Shown here piece after piece: positions 28,065-40,220 of a stretch of 64,000 nt of DNA. Each line of letters starts with the position of its first letter. Within the stretch, counting starts at the first letter, position 1. Both the position numbers and the translations under genes were made by a program. The stretch comes from Octopus sinensis (lineage: Eukaryota): NCBI RefSeq assembly GCF_006345805.1, contig NC_042997.1, forward strand, positions 127,038,001-127,102,000. Reading direction: 5' to 3'. Under the pieces are notes generated by a model, which worked only from the letters and a program-made list of their open reading frames with translations, was not told the DNA's origin and did not search any database.

Positions 28065-28517
28065 ACGTGGCCGTGTGGTAAGAAGCTTACTTCCCAACCG
28101 CATGGTTTTCGGTTTAGTCACACTACGCGTCACCTTCGGTAAGTACTTTCTACTATAGCTTCGGGCCGACCAAAGCCTTATGAGTGCATTCGGTAAACGG
28201 AAACTGAAAGAAGCCCGCGTATATATATATAGGTCATTTAACCCTGTTATCTCCCCTAATTTCGCTCTTGCGTCTCACGTTTGATCTTTGACTTCTGGCC
28301 GAAATCAGATCGCCATGTTGATTCGCTAGCCTCTGCACGCATTTTTTTTCTCTCCTTGTTTCTTTCTGTGTTTCTTTTCTGTGTATCTTTCTGTTGAAGA
28401 GCGTAGGCTCGAAACGTATAAGACTTGTTTTATTTATATTCCTGAGCGCCATACTAATACAATTGTTTGTTTGTATTCACCTGCCTTCGTCTTTGTTTAT
28501 TTTCATAAAGCTTCCCG

Positions 28518-28579
<62 letters not shown>

Positions 28580-28650
28580 GTGTGTTTGTGTCTGTTTGTC
28601 CCCTCCCTCACCATCGCTTGACAACTGATGTTGGTGAGTTTACAGGTGAG
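28065..28650 (+). mobile_element. SINE family A copy interrupted in its (TA)n linker by a Penelope-like short element (28232-28520)
   Basis: Head/CORE at 28065-28220; the tail half resumes at 28578. Confidence 0.75.
28386..28423 (+). ncRNA. Variant or degenerate minimal hammerhead motif (CTGTTGA core)
   Basis: TCTTT/TAAGA; CTGTTGA; GAGC-GTAG-GCTC; GAAAC-GT-A. A more decayed copy lies at ~35648-35686. Confidence 0.5.
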
Positions 28651-28725
28651 GATATATAACCTCAGAGGGATAGAAATGTCCGATATTAGACTGGTTGAAT
28701 ACCTTATAATATAGGCGCACACATA

Positions 28726-28797
<72 letters not shown>

Positions 28798-29017
28798 AAA
28801 CCAAGAGAGAAGATGGAGATAACATAAATAAAAATTTATTAATACATTGACAAACCTATATATATGTATAGGTTTCCTCATCCTACATTGAGAGAAGAAA
28901 GAGATGGACGCTTCAATTCTATGCTGCTGCCGCATTATGTCGTGCGCGAATGGGAGGATTTGCATCCCTAACCAAGAATTTTTGATGTAACACATGTCCT
29001 TGTGGAAGCTGTTGTGC

Positions 29018-29095
29018 GCGGCTGAAGAAGGCCACAGACATACATTATGCATTGTTATAAATCTGTCTAATAAAGGCCCGAAACATATGTACCGC
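29018..29095 (+). ncRNA. Type-I hammerhead ribozyme motif with extended stem II
   Basis: Stem I GCGG/CCGC; CTGAAGA; GGCC..GGCC with inner ACAGA/TCTGT; GAAAC-ATAT-GT-A. Confidence 0.6.
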
Positions 29096-29465
29096 TGAAT
29101 CCTTCGCATCATGTTTTTATTTTGATCAATTTATATATATATATATATATTTATATATACACACAGAGAGGGAGAGAAAGAGAGAGAAATGAGAGAAGCC
29201 GGGATAGAGAGGTAACGATATAGGGACGATAAATAAATATCTTAAAGTGTAATTTATATATATCATTGACATTTTTAAAGAATCCACAGTGCAGCGGTGC
29301 AGCTACTTTTAATTCGCACACGGGGTCAGCTTGTTTCATGTCCGATAATACGCACGTTGTTTTTCAGACGTGAAATAGATATGCAGTGCAGTGTTTTAAG
29401 ATTTGTTATAGTGTTACCAACGTAGTCATAGAGTGACAGAATAATATTAATACACAGTTTGTTAC

Positions 29466-29490
29466 CGATTTTCTTCCATACTAGGGATTG
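29466..29490 (-). CDS. Candidate 25-nt micro-exon (QSLVWKKI)
   Basis: ctctttaag|...TCG|gtaaca. Phase 0-1 bridges 29760 to 19965. Confidence 0.3.
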
Positions 29491-29759
29491 CTTAAAGAGT
29501 TTGATATATACTATATTCCCATTGCATATTTTCAGTAATCTTAATAATATAGCCGCAGTAAAGGCAAAGAGAAGTTAACGTGTATGTTCTTTTAGATAAA
29601 TGCACGAAATACTTTCTAGAGGCTGTTTAATTCTTCACGTCAAGATAAAAATAATAGGAAAGAGCTCTCAAAGAGAAAGCATGTATAACAAAAAAATATA
29701 CATTCCAAGGATGTTCTCTCCTAAGGCTGCATATTCTCTATCGCTTTATGCAAACTTAC

Positions 29760-29783
29760 ACAATCTCTCAAAATAAGACGTTT
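29760..29783 (-). CDS. Candidate 24-nt micro-exon (KRLILRDC)
   Basis: Strong acceptor ttcatattttcag| and consensus donor |gtaagt. Phase 0-0 fits directly after 33193. Confidence 0.55.
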
Positions 29784-30120
29784 CTGAAAATATGAAATTT
29801 AGAATAAAACTTGGTTCTTTGTTAATTTCACAACTACATTATATTAGGCTGTCAAGAAAGTTCTTCCAGAATTTTAAGTTTTGGTTTTCAATGATGTATT
29901 TCCAAATTATTTTTCATGAAATTACTTTGACTTTATATATCATTTTAAAGCCCATTTTTCGCTCTATCTACTAGTGTCTACTTGTCTGTCTGTTTGTCTG
30001 TCTGTCTGTCTATCAAGCTATCTATCAATCAATCTATCTATCTATCTGCCTGTCTGTCTGTCTGTCAGTCTGTCTTATTGTCTGTCTGTCTGTTTGTTTG
30101 TCTATCTGTCTATCTATCTA

Positions 30121-30900
30121 TCTGGAGACCTAGTAAAGAAATTAGAAGAGGCACTTAGAACTGGCATCGCGTCCAACGTACTGGCGGCGAGGTTGGCCCT
30201 CGACCAACACTTCAAAGCCAAACACGAAGGATGCGTTGTCAGAGCTAGGATACGTGCTCTGAAGAACGAAGGAGTTGGAGCCACCTGAGAGGCCCGAGTG
30301 GTGGAGGTGCAACGAGGCAATAGGGCCACCATTAGGACCCTGACAGATGAACAGAAGCGCGAAGTACTCGAGGCTGAAAGGTTGTGTGAGGTCTTTCAAC
30401 AGCACTTTGCCCGAATTTTCGGGGACAGTTGGTGGGTCAGAATGCAGATTAAACTTTAATCCCTACCTGCATGGCCAGCTGCGACTCTCAGCAAGAGAGG
30501 CGGAGTATTGTGAAAGAACCATCACAGCCGCGGACGAACGGGATGCAATGACAGGCTGCGCAGGAGGCAAGTCACCAGGCTTGGATGGTCTGCCCTACGA
30601 ACTTTATTGTCTGCCCTACGAACTTTATTGTCTGCCCTACGAACTTTATTGTCTGCCCTACGAACTTTATTGTCATATATGCCAAGCTTGTTTGGAGGCG
30701 TCTAGGCAGCTGTCTACTGCAACTGGCAGCAAAAGGGGAGTATTCCCGTCTTTGTAAAGCGAGGAGCGGTGGCACTGCTAAAGAAAGATCCAAACAAGAG
30801 GAACATCATAGATAACTTCATGCTCAACGCAGATTTGAACATTTTGGCCAAGGTGTTGGCCGAAAGGTTGGCTCTTATTAAGAGAACCTAGTCGACAAGG
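30121..30900 (+). mobile_element. Tx1/L1-clade LINE ORF2 fragment
   Basis: EGCVVRAR, GKSPGLDGLPYELY, GAVALLKKDP..NADLNILAKVLAERL. Confidence 0.8.
30590..30673 (+). repeat. Perfect 21-bp tandem repeat x4 (ctgccctacgaactttattgt)
   Basis: Four identical units, reading LPYELYC in the LINE frame. Confidence 0.95.
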
Positions 30901-31038
30901 CTACACATACGTCACAGAAACTGGCTAGGCTGGAAAAGGGCGCATAAATATATAAAAATAATCTATGTATAGATATCAGTATAATTTTATGTATATACAT
31001 ACATATATATGCGTTTATATATATATATATATATATAT

Positions 31039-31460
31039 GAAAAAATAAGTCAAAATAGAAAATGCTAAAATAATTTTATAAAGACCATTTCAGTACCGGT
31101 TTCAGTCATTTTGAGACATTTTTAACTGTAACAATTAAATAATTAAATTTAGAAAAATTAAAAGAAATGTTTTTTAAAGGAATATTTGTATAGTGTTCAA
31201 ATATAAGTGGCATTTTCCTTGTTTCTGCCTTGCTCTGTCTCTCTTGTTCACACTTGTGTATTCGAGGTCGTTGTGACAAGGAAAATGCCACTTAGATTTG
31301 AACACTATACAAATATTCCTTTAAAAAAACATTTCTTTAAATTTTTCTAAATTTAATTATTTAATCGTTACAGTTGAAAATGTCTCAAAATGACTGAAAC
31401 CGGTACTGAAATGTTCTTTATAAAATTATTTTAGCATTTTCTATTTTGACTTATTTTTTC
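31039..31460. repeat. Long inverted repeat (184/185-bp arms, 53-nt loop) flanked by (TA)n
   Basis: 31039-31222 is the near-perfect reverse complement of 31276-31460, with only a handful of mismatches. Confidence 0.95.
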
Positions 31461-31490
31461 ATATATATCAACTCGTGTGTTCCTTTTCAT

Positions 31491-31609
<119 letters not shown>

Positions 31610-31969
31610 TATGTGCGTGTGTGTGTGCATGTGTGTGTATGCATGTGTGTGTGGAAACGTAGGTATACGCGTATGGGCAAGAAAAAGCTATCATACAGGC
31701 AAAACTGGAAGTCACAGTCAGTCCCTAATTCATAAGAATTGTGACTCCATTCTCAGTATGTAAACCTTTCATCGGCAAATGTTTGTTGCTATTGAGTACA
31801 CACACACACACACACACACGCACACACATATTTGAATGTTTGTGCGTACGAAAGTATGTATGTTTGTATATGTTTATGTGCCTATGTGTGTGTATGAGTA
31901 CGGAAGCATTCCACGTCTATCTATCGATCGACCTCTAGACTTCTAACTCTCTCTTCTTACGTGTACATG

Positions 31970-32026
<57 letters not shown>

Positions 32027-32482
32027 TTCATATGTATGTGTGTGTGTACATGATGTATGTTGTTCATAGGCACAAATATAAGCGTACGTACATAACTACG
32101 CATATAATCACAACGTTAAAAGTGCTGTTTGGTAGTGGAACAATCTAAATATTTGATAGCTTGCGAAACAAATTAGTACTAGAGAAAATACAAGAACACT
32201 AACAACTACAACAACCACAACAACAGCAATAACAACAACTACAACCGCAAAACAAACAAGAAAAAAATTTGCAGTTATTTCGCCGTTAGGAAGCTGAAGA
32301 CAACATTAGTTGAGTGTAGCCATTACTTCAGTTCCAGCGAAGATGCCAGCGTCGTTACTAGCAAACAATACAGTAGGACATTTCCTTTGAGATAACTACT
32401 TGTTACGCTACCTAATCTGTTGGCAAAAATATAGAAAAAATTATAAAGAAAGAAAGAAATACAATGCAATCATTTGACTGAC

Positions 32483-32500
32483 CTTGTTTTAATCTTGAGA
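32483..32500 (-). CDS. Candidate 18-nt micro-exon (TCTCAAGATTAAAACAAG)
   Basis: Good acceptor ttttttgtcgtcctccattag| and donor AAG|gtcagt, but it contains TAA in phase 0, the phase of its neighbours. Confidence 0.25.
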
Positions 32501-32671
32501 CTAATGGAGGACGACAAAAAATAAAAGTTTGCCCACGGAAGATTTTTTTTCAAGGAAATTAAACTTTTACGTCAATTGACATATTCGAAGACAGTTTAGT
32601 TTAGAATTTAATTTTCTAAATTCCTATTTTAACAGATCAAAACACTGTGAAGAAATATTTGGGCTTTTTTT

Positions 32672-32712
<41 letters not shown>

Positions 32713-33192
32713 ATTTTGTTGGTTTGTTTTTCTTAGTTATGATATTTCTTTTTGTGTTGTGGTTTTGTACTATATCTTTTGAACCATGCAACTTGCCGTC
32801 AAACAAGAGAATTTATATTTCTATCCAGCATTGATAGTTTAGCGGCGGCGGCGGTGGTGGCGGTGGTAGTGGTGGTGGTGGGTAGAGTGATGTTTTTGTG
32901 GTGTTATGAGGGGGTGTGTTCTTCAAAAGAAATAAGAGATCTAACAAGGAAGGAAGAAAGCAAAAGAACGAAAAATAAATCAGAAAATTTCAGAAAAAAT
33001 AAAAGCCAAACAAACAAAATGATATTTCCTGTTATAAACAGAACTGTAATTATAGAAAACAAGAAAAGCAAGTAAGAAATTGAAATGTAAGTATACATAA
33101 GTAAATGAACACAAGATGTCTGCGAATAATGGTAAATGTTGTGGATAGATAAGAAATCGGAGCTATGAGATGGCTTGTACAGAGCTACCTAC

Positions 33193-33294
33193 CTCACATA
33201 TGGCTTTCGTTAGATCATTTTCGTCTTTATTCCATTGCTGCTTGTATTTCATAATCTCACAGGCAAGCAGCTGTTCAACTGCTTTCTGTTCTTT
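33193..33294 (-). CDS. Internal exon of unidentified minus-strand gene (KEQKAVEQLLACEIMKYKQQWNKDENDLTKAICE)
   Basis: 102 nt, phase 0-0, acceptor tgtttgtttttag|, donor GAG|gtaggt. Only one frame is open; unique non-repeat sequence with helical/coiled-coil composition. Confidence 0.75.
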
Positions 33295-34439
33295 CTAAAA
33301 ACAAACATAAGACAAATTCAGTGGATTAGCCGATCCATCTGTTTTCATTCCTTTTCTTTCAACATTTTCAGTTAAAAAGAAAAGCCTAAAATTTTGTCAA
33401 ATTCCTCGCTTACACCGAACTTTCAAAATCTTTCTAGGTCAATTTGGTTCAGTGACAGCGGAAAGATGTAACGTTACTTTCTAGTCTCTAATTCAACTCG
33501 GTACATAAATGCGGTGATATGGGACTTAGCTAACATGTAAAAAAAACGAAAGGTTCTGTTGAGAAGAGCTTGGCTGCCATTGAACTAATTTTGCTGTATG
33601 GTTAGGATCGTGGGTAATCGCCATTCCAGTTGCGTTTACGATGGGAACTGAGGCCTCATTTATACATTTCTCTATTAGCTTCTAATTATGACATCTCAAG
33701 ACTATTAAATAATTTATGCTTCATACTGAGTCTGTGAAGAAAATGTTTTAAAGGACAGATCATAGCTTCTAAACAACAATAAAATGTTTTGTTTCTGGAG
33801 GCCAGTTACATATACCTCTGCATATAGAGGTATATGTAACTGGAGAACAGTTACATTTACCCCTAAAATATTATAAAGATCATTGAAACATTTTGTTGTA
33901 GATTATTTTGTATATCTCTTCTATTTTTAAAATTAAATCTTCCACTGAGGAGGCAGCCGGTTTCCAACAAAGATACAACGCTCCATCGTTGGGATGTAGT
34001 TAACACAGACAAATTGGAACTTTAGAAAAGTTTTGCATATGTTTACTGTTCCGCTCATAACAGAGGGATTTTCTAAGTTTATTTTAGGATAGTCTTTTGT
34101 ATGTATGTATGTATGTATGTATGTATGTATGTATGTATGTATGTATTATGTGTGTGTGTATGTGTATGTATGTATGTATGTATGTATGTATGTATGTATG
34201 TATGTATGTATGTATGTATGTATGTATGTATGTATGTATGTATGTATGTATGTATGTATGCATGCATGCATGTATGTATGTAGGTATGTAGGTAGGTACG
34301 TATGTATGTATGTATGTATGTATGTATATATGTATGTATGCATGTCATAATTAAATTTTATTCCAAGATTTCTTGCCAATAGAGATAGAGCCGGTTTCTA
34401 ACCTAGATCCAAAAGGCATAGAGTAATACGTTTTACTAC

Positions 34440-35490
34440 TTTTCCTGCATGTCTATCTTTTTGTGCATCAGGTACTTGCTTGATATTTCCTGTTCTTGGA
34501 TTGCAAACGCAAACCCTTCAAAGTGGGAGGTAGCAATCTGGTTATTGGTCCATGATAAACTGCTTTGATGATCAATTTACTATCATCACGGAGCTTTTTA
34601 CTAACATACCCATGCATAGTCTTCTGCCCATATACGCTCATCCTTTCATCTGATGATACATTGCGGTAGAGTTGTGCAACATCTTTGGACATGTATTCTA
34701 GATTATCAGACAAAGAGTTGCTCAATGAGCTGCCTTCCAAGTCTTATGATGTTATCAGCCTCATGTATGCAAACTTGGTCAAGAGATGCACTTCAACACT
34801 TAGTTGCTAAAGGCTGTTGCCGAAGGGATATGATGCGACATTCAAAGGCATTTTGGATCGATGTTAAGCTTCTGCCGCTTTGTTTTCGTTTTAGGTAGAG
34901 GCAGTCGACGTCAATGTTTATGTGGAAATTATGTGTACTTGTTAGTATTTTTCGGCTTTTCACATCGATGGCTCGGATCTCATCAAGCGTCCAATCAAGC
35001 AGCCCAAATGTTGATATGAGTTCTGGCACTGCAAACACATTGTGGGCCATTGAATGCAGTAAGTTCTGAGGTCCCAATTTTCTTTATTCGGCTGTAGTAT
35101 TCTTTAGTGATACATGTTTTGTTACAGGTGCCATTGTAGGATATGTTTTCATCCACCTCTAGATACCTGTAACATTCCTCGTCAGATACAGGGGAAACAG
35201 ACAAATTATTGATGAAGATGTTACTAGTCTGGTTTATAGTCTTCCCCCTTTTCACAACCATATAACAATATTTATCCTGCCCTAACTCCAATCCTAAATC
35301 CTTTGAGAATGTTGTAACTAGGCCAAAGCATTTTTTCATCTCATGCATGTTTATTGCATAAAGTTTCAAGTCATCCACAAAGAAACAGTGTGTAATTTTG
35401 GTATTTATATTTCCTTGTGAACCAGACTTCCTTAACATGAATAGCAATTGCTTTGCAAATAGTATAAACAACATCTCAGAGAGGCTGTCT
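34440..35490 (-). mobile_element. R4/Dong-like non-LTR RT fragment
   Basis: HCFFVDDLKLYA (YxDD box), DWTLDEIRAIDVKSRKILT..DVDCLYLKRKQSGRSL, KTMHGY. Confidence 0.85.
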
Positions 35491-35845
35491 CATATATGTA
35501 TGTGTGTATGTATGTATGTTAAACTGAAATTTTAGTCACTCTATTTCCACGTACAAAGACATATACTTCGCCTGCTTAGACTTTCTTCACATAATATATA
35601 TATATATATATTCTCTCCTTGTTTCTCTCCTTGTTTTTTTCTGTGTCCCTTTATGTAGAAGTGCGTAGGCTCGAAATGTAAAAGACTTTTTCTATTCCTG
35701 AGCGTTATACTAATACATCTGTTTGTTTTGTACACCACCTGTCTTCGTCGTTTGTTTATTTCGTAAACTCTCCCTATATATACATATACATATATACATA
35801 TATATATATAAATATATATAAATATATATATATATTATATATATA

Positions 35846-35891
<46 letters not shown>

Positions 35892-36277
35892 ATCCTTTAA
35901 CTATACATACGTACATACACATACACACACATGCCCGCACACATTCAGTTACCTTCAAGCAAGTTCTACTCACAAATCTTGGTCTGCCCTAATGAACGAT
36001 GTGAATGTGTCGCAAACTTCTTAATAACTCAGCCATGCCAACGCCTTCAAATAATTTGAAGCTATTAAATCCTAAATTCATATTTTCAAAATTAATTAGT
36101 TGGAAGAGATCCTTCTAGGCATTTGAAATTAGTTTGGTTAAAGTCAGGCTTCACCCTTTTCATGAATTCGTATATTTTTATAATGCAAACTATCAGTTTT
36201 AAAGTGATCTAAAATGAAAGCCTTACACCAAAATTTCAGGTTAGTTTGTGTTCGAAAACCCATCTTACCAATACTCT

Positions 36278-36498
36278 TTACTCTCTCTTTACACTTTTAC
36301 TTGTTTCAGTCATTTGACTGCGGCCATGCTGGAGCACCGCCTTTAGTCGTGCAAATCGACCCCAGGACTTATTCTTTGTAAACCTAGTAATTATTCTATC
36401 GGTCTCTCATACCGAAGCGCTATGTTACGGGGACGTAACCACACCAGCATCGGTTGTTAAGCGATGTTGGGGGGACAAACACAGACACACAAACATAT

Positions 36499-36534
<36 letters not shown>

Positions 36535-36730
36535 ACATATATATATATATATATATACATATCTACGACGGGCTTCTTTCAGTTTCCGTCGACCAAATCC
36601 ACTCACAAGGCTTTGGTCAGCCCGAGGCTATAGTAGAAGACACTTGCCCAAGGTGGTATGCAGTGGGACTGAACCCGGAACCATGCGGTTGGTAAGCGAG
36701 CTACTTACCAGAAAGCCACTCCTGCGCCTC
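36278..36730 (-). mobile_element. SINE family A, full length
   Basis: Colinear with the other copies. Confidence 0.9.
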
Positions 36731-37603
36731 CGTGTGTGTGTATGTGTGTGCTATGGGCCACTCCTCCGCCTATAGCAAAGTTATTTTACAAAATTCTTTA
36801 TTATTATCGAAATTAATAAAAACATATATTTCCATAGCCTGTTTTCCGTGAAAAATAGGTGAAAAGAGGTTTGATATTCCGGAGAAATTGTTGGTGTATG
36901 AACTTTAGTGAAAGGCAAGGCAGAATGGGTGATTACACTGAAAAGCATGGATTGCCAGCTTGTACTCAGGGAATAGCTGGTACTATGCAGTTAGCCAGCT
37001 CTGAAGAGAAGACAATTATAGTTACTGCAGAATAGGCAACACAAAAAGACATCGACTGTATGAGATGGAGACTGGAGTCTCTTTCAAGTAAATCTTTGCC
37101 TTTCGGCCAAATGACTTGTTTTGGGATCACATCTAGCGTATAGTAGGTTGCATAATTTCTCTTAAATTAACATTATCAAGAGTGCAATGGTGGTAGATTA
37201 GTTCTAGATATTTATACACACGCACATATACATACAAATACACGTATTTAACTATGAAAGCACATATAGCTTTTACTAAACTGAGCAGGAATGGAAGCCA
37301 AATAGGTCAACATTTCCATTCTTTGACTGTCAAACCCGCATGTTATCTTTCGAGGTTAAAACCTGAAAATTATTTTATAGAAATACTAGAGATGTATTCT
37401 TATATAGAATTAATAAAACTGACGAGCTTACTTCTTGCTGCAGTTATTGTATTCTGCTACCTTTGTACTGCGGTTGGCATTATAGAGATTACACATTTCG
37501 GAAAATATTTCTGCCAATTGGCAAATGTTAACATTTACAAAATACCCAACCCTTTATAGTTTAGAAAATGAAGACATAGACACATTGTATGTGTGTGTGT
37601 GTC

Positions 37604-37688
<85 letters not shown>

Positions 37689-39069
37689 GTGTGTATTTAT
37701 ATATATATGTATTTGTGTGTGTGTATGAATGTATATACATGTGTATGTATATATACATATATACACATATATACACACATACACACACATATATATACGT
37801 ATATATATATATATGTGTGTGTGTATGTGTGTGTGTGTATGCATTGCGTGAGTGATTGTGTGTGAATATTGATATAAGACGTGCGTGGCATTAAGATACA
37901 TACAGTGTGTGTTTTCAATAAAGACACAGTTTAAACTTAGCTTTGCAAAGTTTATATTGTAGTTCTGTCATGTTTCACTCTCAGCGGCCAGGAGAGATTT
38001 TAAAGTTAATCGACTTGGTTAGTTTTAGCATTTATTTCTGATTCATCAGAGATCGCTTCCTCATTTTACTGACCAAGAGAAAATAGGAGCTTATATCTAC
38101 CATCTCGGTCAGAACTAAGCGGATCTGCATTAATTTGCATAAAGTGGAATCGTTGTCAACTTCATTGAAGGAGCGAACATTTAACTACACGAGTTTAGGA
38201 TAGAGATATGTGTTTTCTGTAGACACATGATTTTAATCCAGCTGCGAAAGATAGTAGCAAGTAGTTAAACGATAAAATTTCTCTCTCTGGCCAAGTAAAG
38301 AAGTTCAACCAATTTAATTTCAGTGTATATTAATTACATCATCAACAATCAGTTCACTCATTTTTCCTGACCGCAGACAGAATAGTAGCGTATACCATAT
38401 TTTAATTATCTTTTTGGAAGTCACTCACAACAAAATAGCAAGAAACCATCTGAGACAGTTAAAGTGTTGAGAGTTACAGGAGGAAAGGACAGAAATCTAA
38501 CGAGAAGAATATAACACGATCAATGCAAGATTTTAAAGAATTGACATGATATTTATCTGACGAACAAAAAGAATTAGAGTTCGATGAGACATGTTAAAGA
38601 AACTATTAAAGCAGAATCACTTCTTTAAAGAGGAAGACAGTAACAGTAAAAATATGACAAATAGAGGAAAGAGAATTCATACGCTTAGTAACTTCAGGAA
38701 GATATACAAAACTTAGTTCGGCGAGACAATGACCATGGAAGTTTGTATAGAATAGAGCTACAGGAACGATGTTTTAGCTCTGTTACCCATCTCACTGTCG
38801 GTTCAATCTCTGCTTTGGCTATTATGTATCTCCCAGGCAAACATCGATTAGTCTGCTTCGTTCAAACTATCAAACTGTGGTTAGACGCTACGCATACGCC
38901 AAAGCTGACTAGAGAATGGTAAATGTATTTCCCTTTGCAAAAATGTTTCTTCCTGTAAGTTATATGCAAATATTCAAATATTCGTTAGAACATTCCAGCT
39001 GAGCCGTCAGAAGAAAATCAATGGGAAACATTGATGTAGATTATAGAAGTAAAATTCTCTTCACAAATA

Positions 39070-40220
39070 AATGGTTGTAGACACAGAAGCTACCTGTAGA
39101 CATATCTAGAAGTAAAAAGAGCATCTTGATGTAAATAGAACATCAAGGTATAGTAAGATCTAGTAGTTCAGAGATCTGGTTGTAGATAGGAAATAACTCA
39201 AGGAGGAAATGTAGTTGTGGACAGGGTGTGTTACTGTAGACAGAGCATGTAGTGGTAGATAGGGCCTGTTGCTGTAGTTAGGGCATATAGCTGTAGAGAA
39301 AGCATACAACTAGTATAGTTTTTTTTTACAAGACATAGCTGTAGACACGAAATGTAGCTATGGACAGGGCATGACGCTGTAGACAGAGCGTGTAGCTATA
39401 GACTGACCATCTAGTCGTGGACAGTGTATGTGGCAGTAAACAGCATTATCTGTAGAAAGAATATAGCTGTAGATTGAACATGTAGCTGTCGTCAGGCCGT
39501 CTAGCTGTAGACAGAGCATTTAGCTGTGGACAGGATATCCATCTGTAGACAGAACTTGTAGTTGTAGATAATACATGTAAAGAAGACATGTTGGACTGTT
39601 AACAACACACTTGGCAACTAGCTATATATTTCTTTACTGCCCACAAGGGGCTAAACATAGAGGAGACAAACAAAGACAAAGAGATTAAGTCGATTACATC
39701 GACCCCAGTGTGAGACTGGTACTTTATTTATCGACCCCGAAAGGATGAAAGGCAAAGTCGACCTCGGCGGAATTTGAACTCACAACGTAACGACAGAGGA
39801 AATACGGCTACGCATTTCGCCCGGCGTGCTAACGTTTCTGCCAGCTCACCGCCCTCTAGGCAACTAGCTATAGATAGGGCGTCTCGTTTTAGATGTAACA
39901 AGCAGCTGTGGATAAAAAGTCTTGCTTTAAAAATTATATTGCTATTGATAAAACCTGAAGCTGTTGACAACGCATCCAGCTGTATATAGGACACCCATCA
40001 AGAAATGAGGTCAATTAGCTGCCGATGGGATCTGCACATGTAGATAGGCCAGGTGGTCGTAGATATGGCAAACAGTTCTGTAGAGGGTATGTAGCAGTAG
40101 ACAGAACATCTGGCCGTTGACGGAGCAGCTATGTATAAATATAGCAGGCATTTATAGAGAGAGATCGCAGTTGTGGACACAGGGTATCTAGATGTAAATA
40201 GATCGTATACATATGTAGAC
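39070..40220. repeat. Degenerate ~19-bp minisatellite (gctgtagacagagcatgta)n, split by SINE B
   Basis: Recurrent gctgtagac/gtggacagg units on both sides of 39625-39855. Confidence 0.8.
39625..39855 (-). mobile_element. SINE family B, full length, inserted into a minisatellite
   Basis: Reverse complement of the family B consensus. Partial copies also lie at ~1575-1670, 2915-3055, 5030-5230 and 15980-16190. Confidence 0.9.

Noticed and set aside
35972-35986. 15-nt minus-strand micro-exon GRPRF with a gtgagt donor
   Set aside because: It lies in a decayed SINE A fragment (actcacaa..ttggtc.gccc), which supplies the donor-like motif.
37425-37550. 41-codon minus-strand open stretch [23 protein letters not shown].. 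ending at gtaagc
   Set aside because: Phase 2-2 does not fit between the flanking phase-0 exons, and the acceptor is weak.
39070-40220. CRISPR-like appearance of short periodic repeats (also 30590-30673 and 49365-49590)
   Set aside because: These are tandem units without unique spacers, in eukaryotic context with no cas genes.
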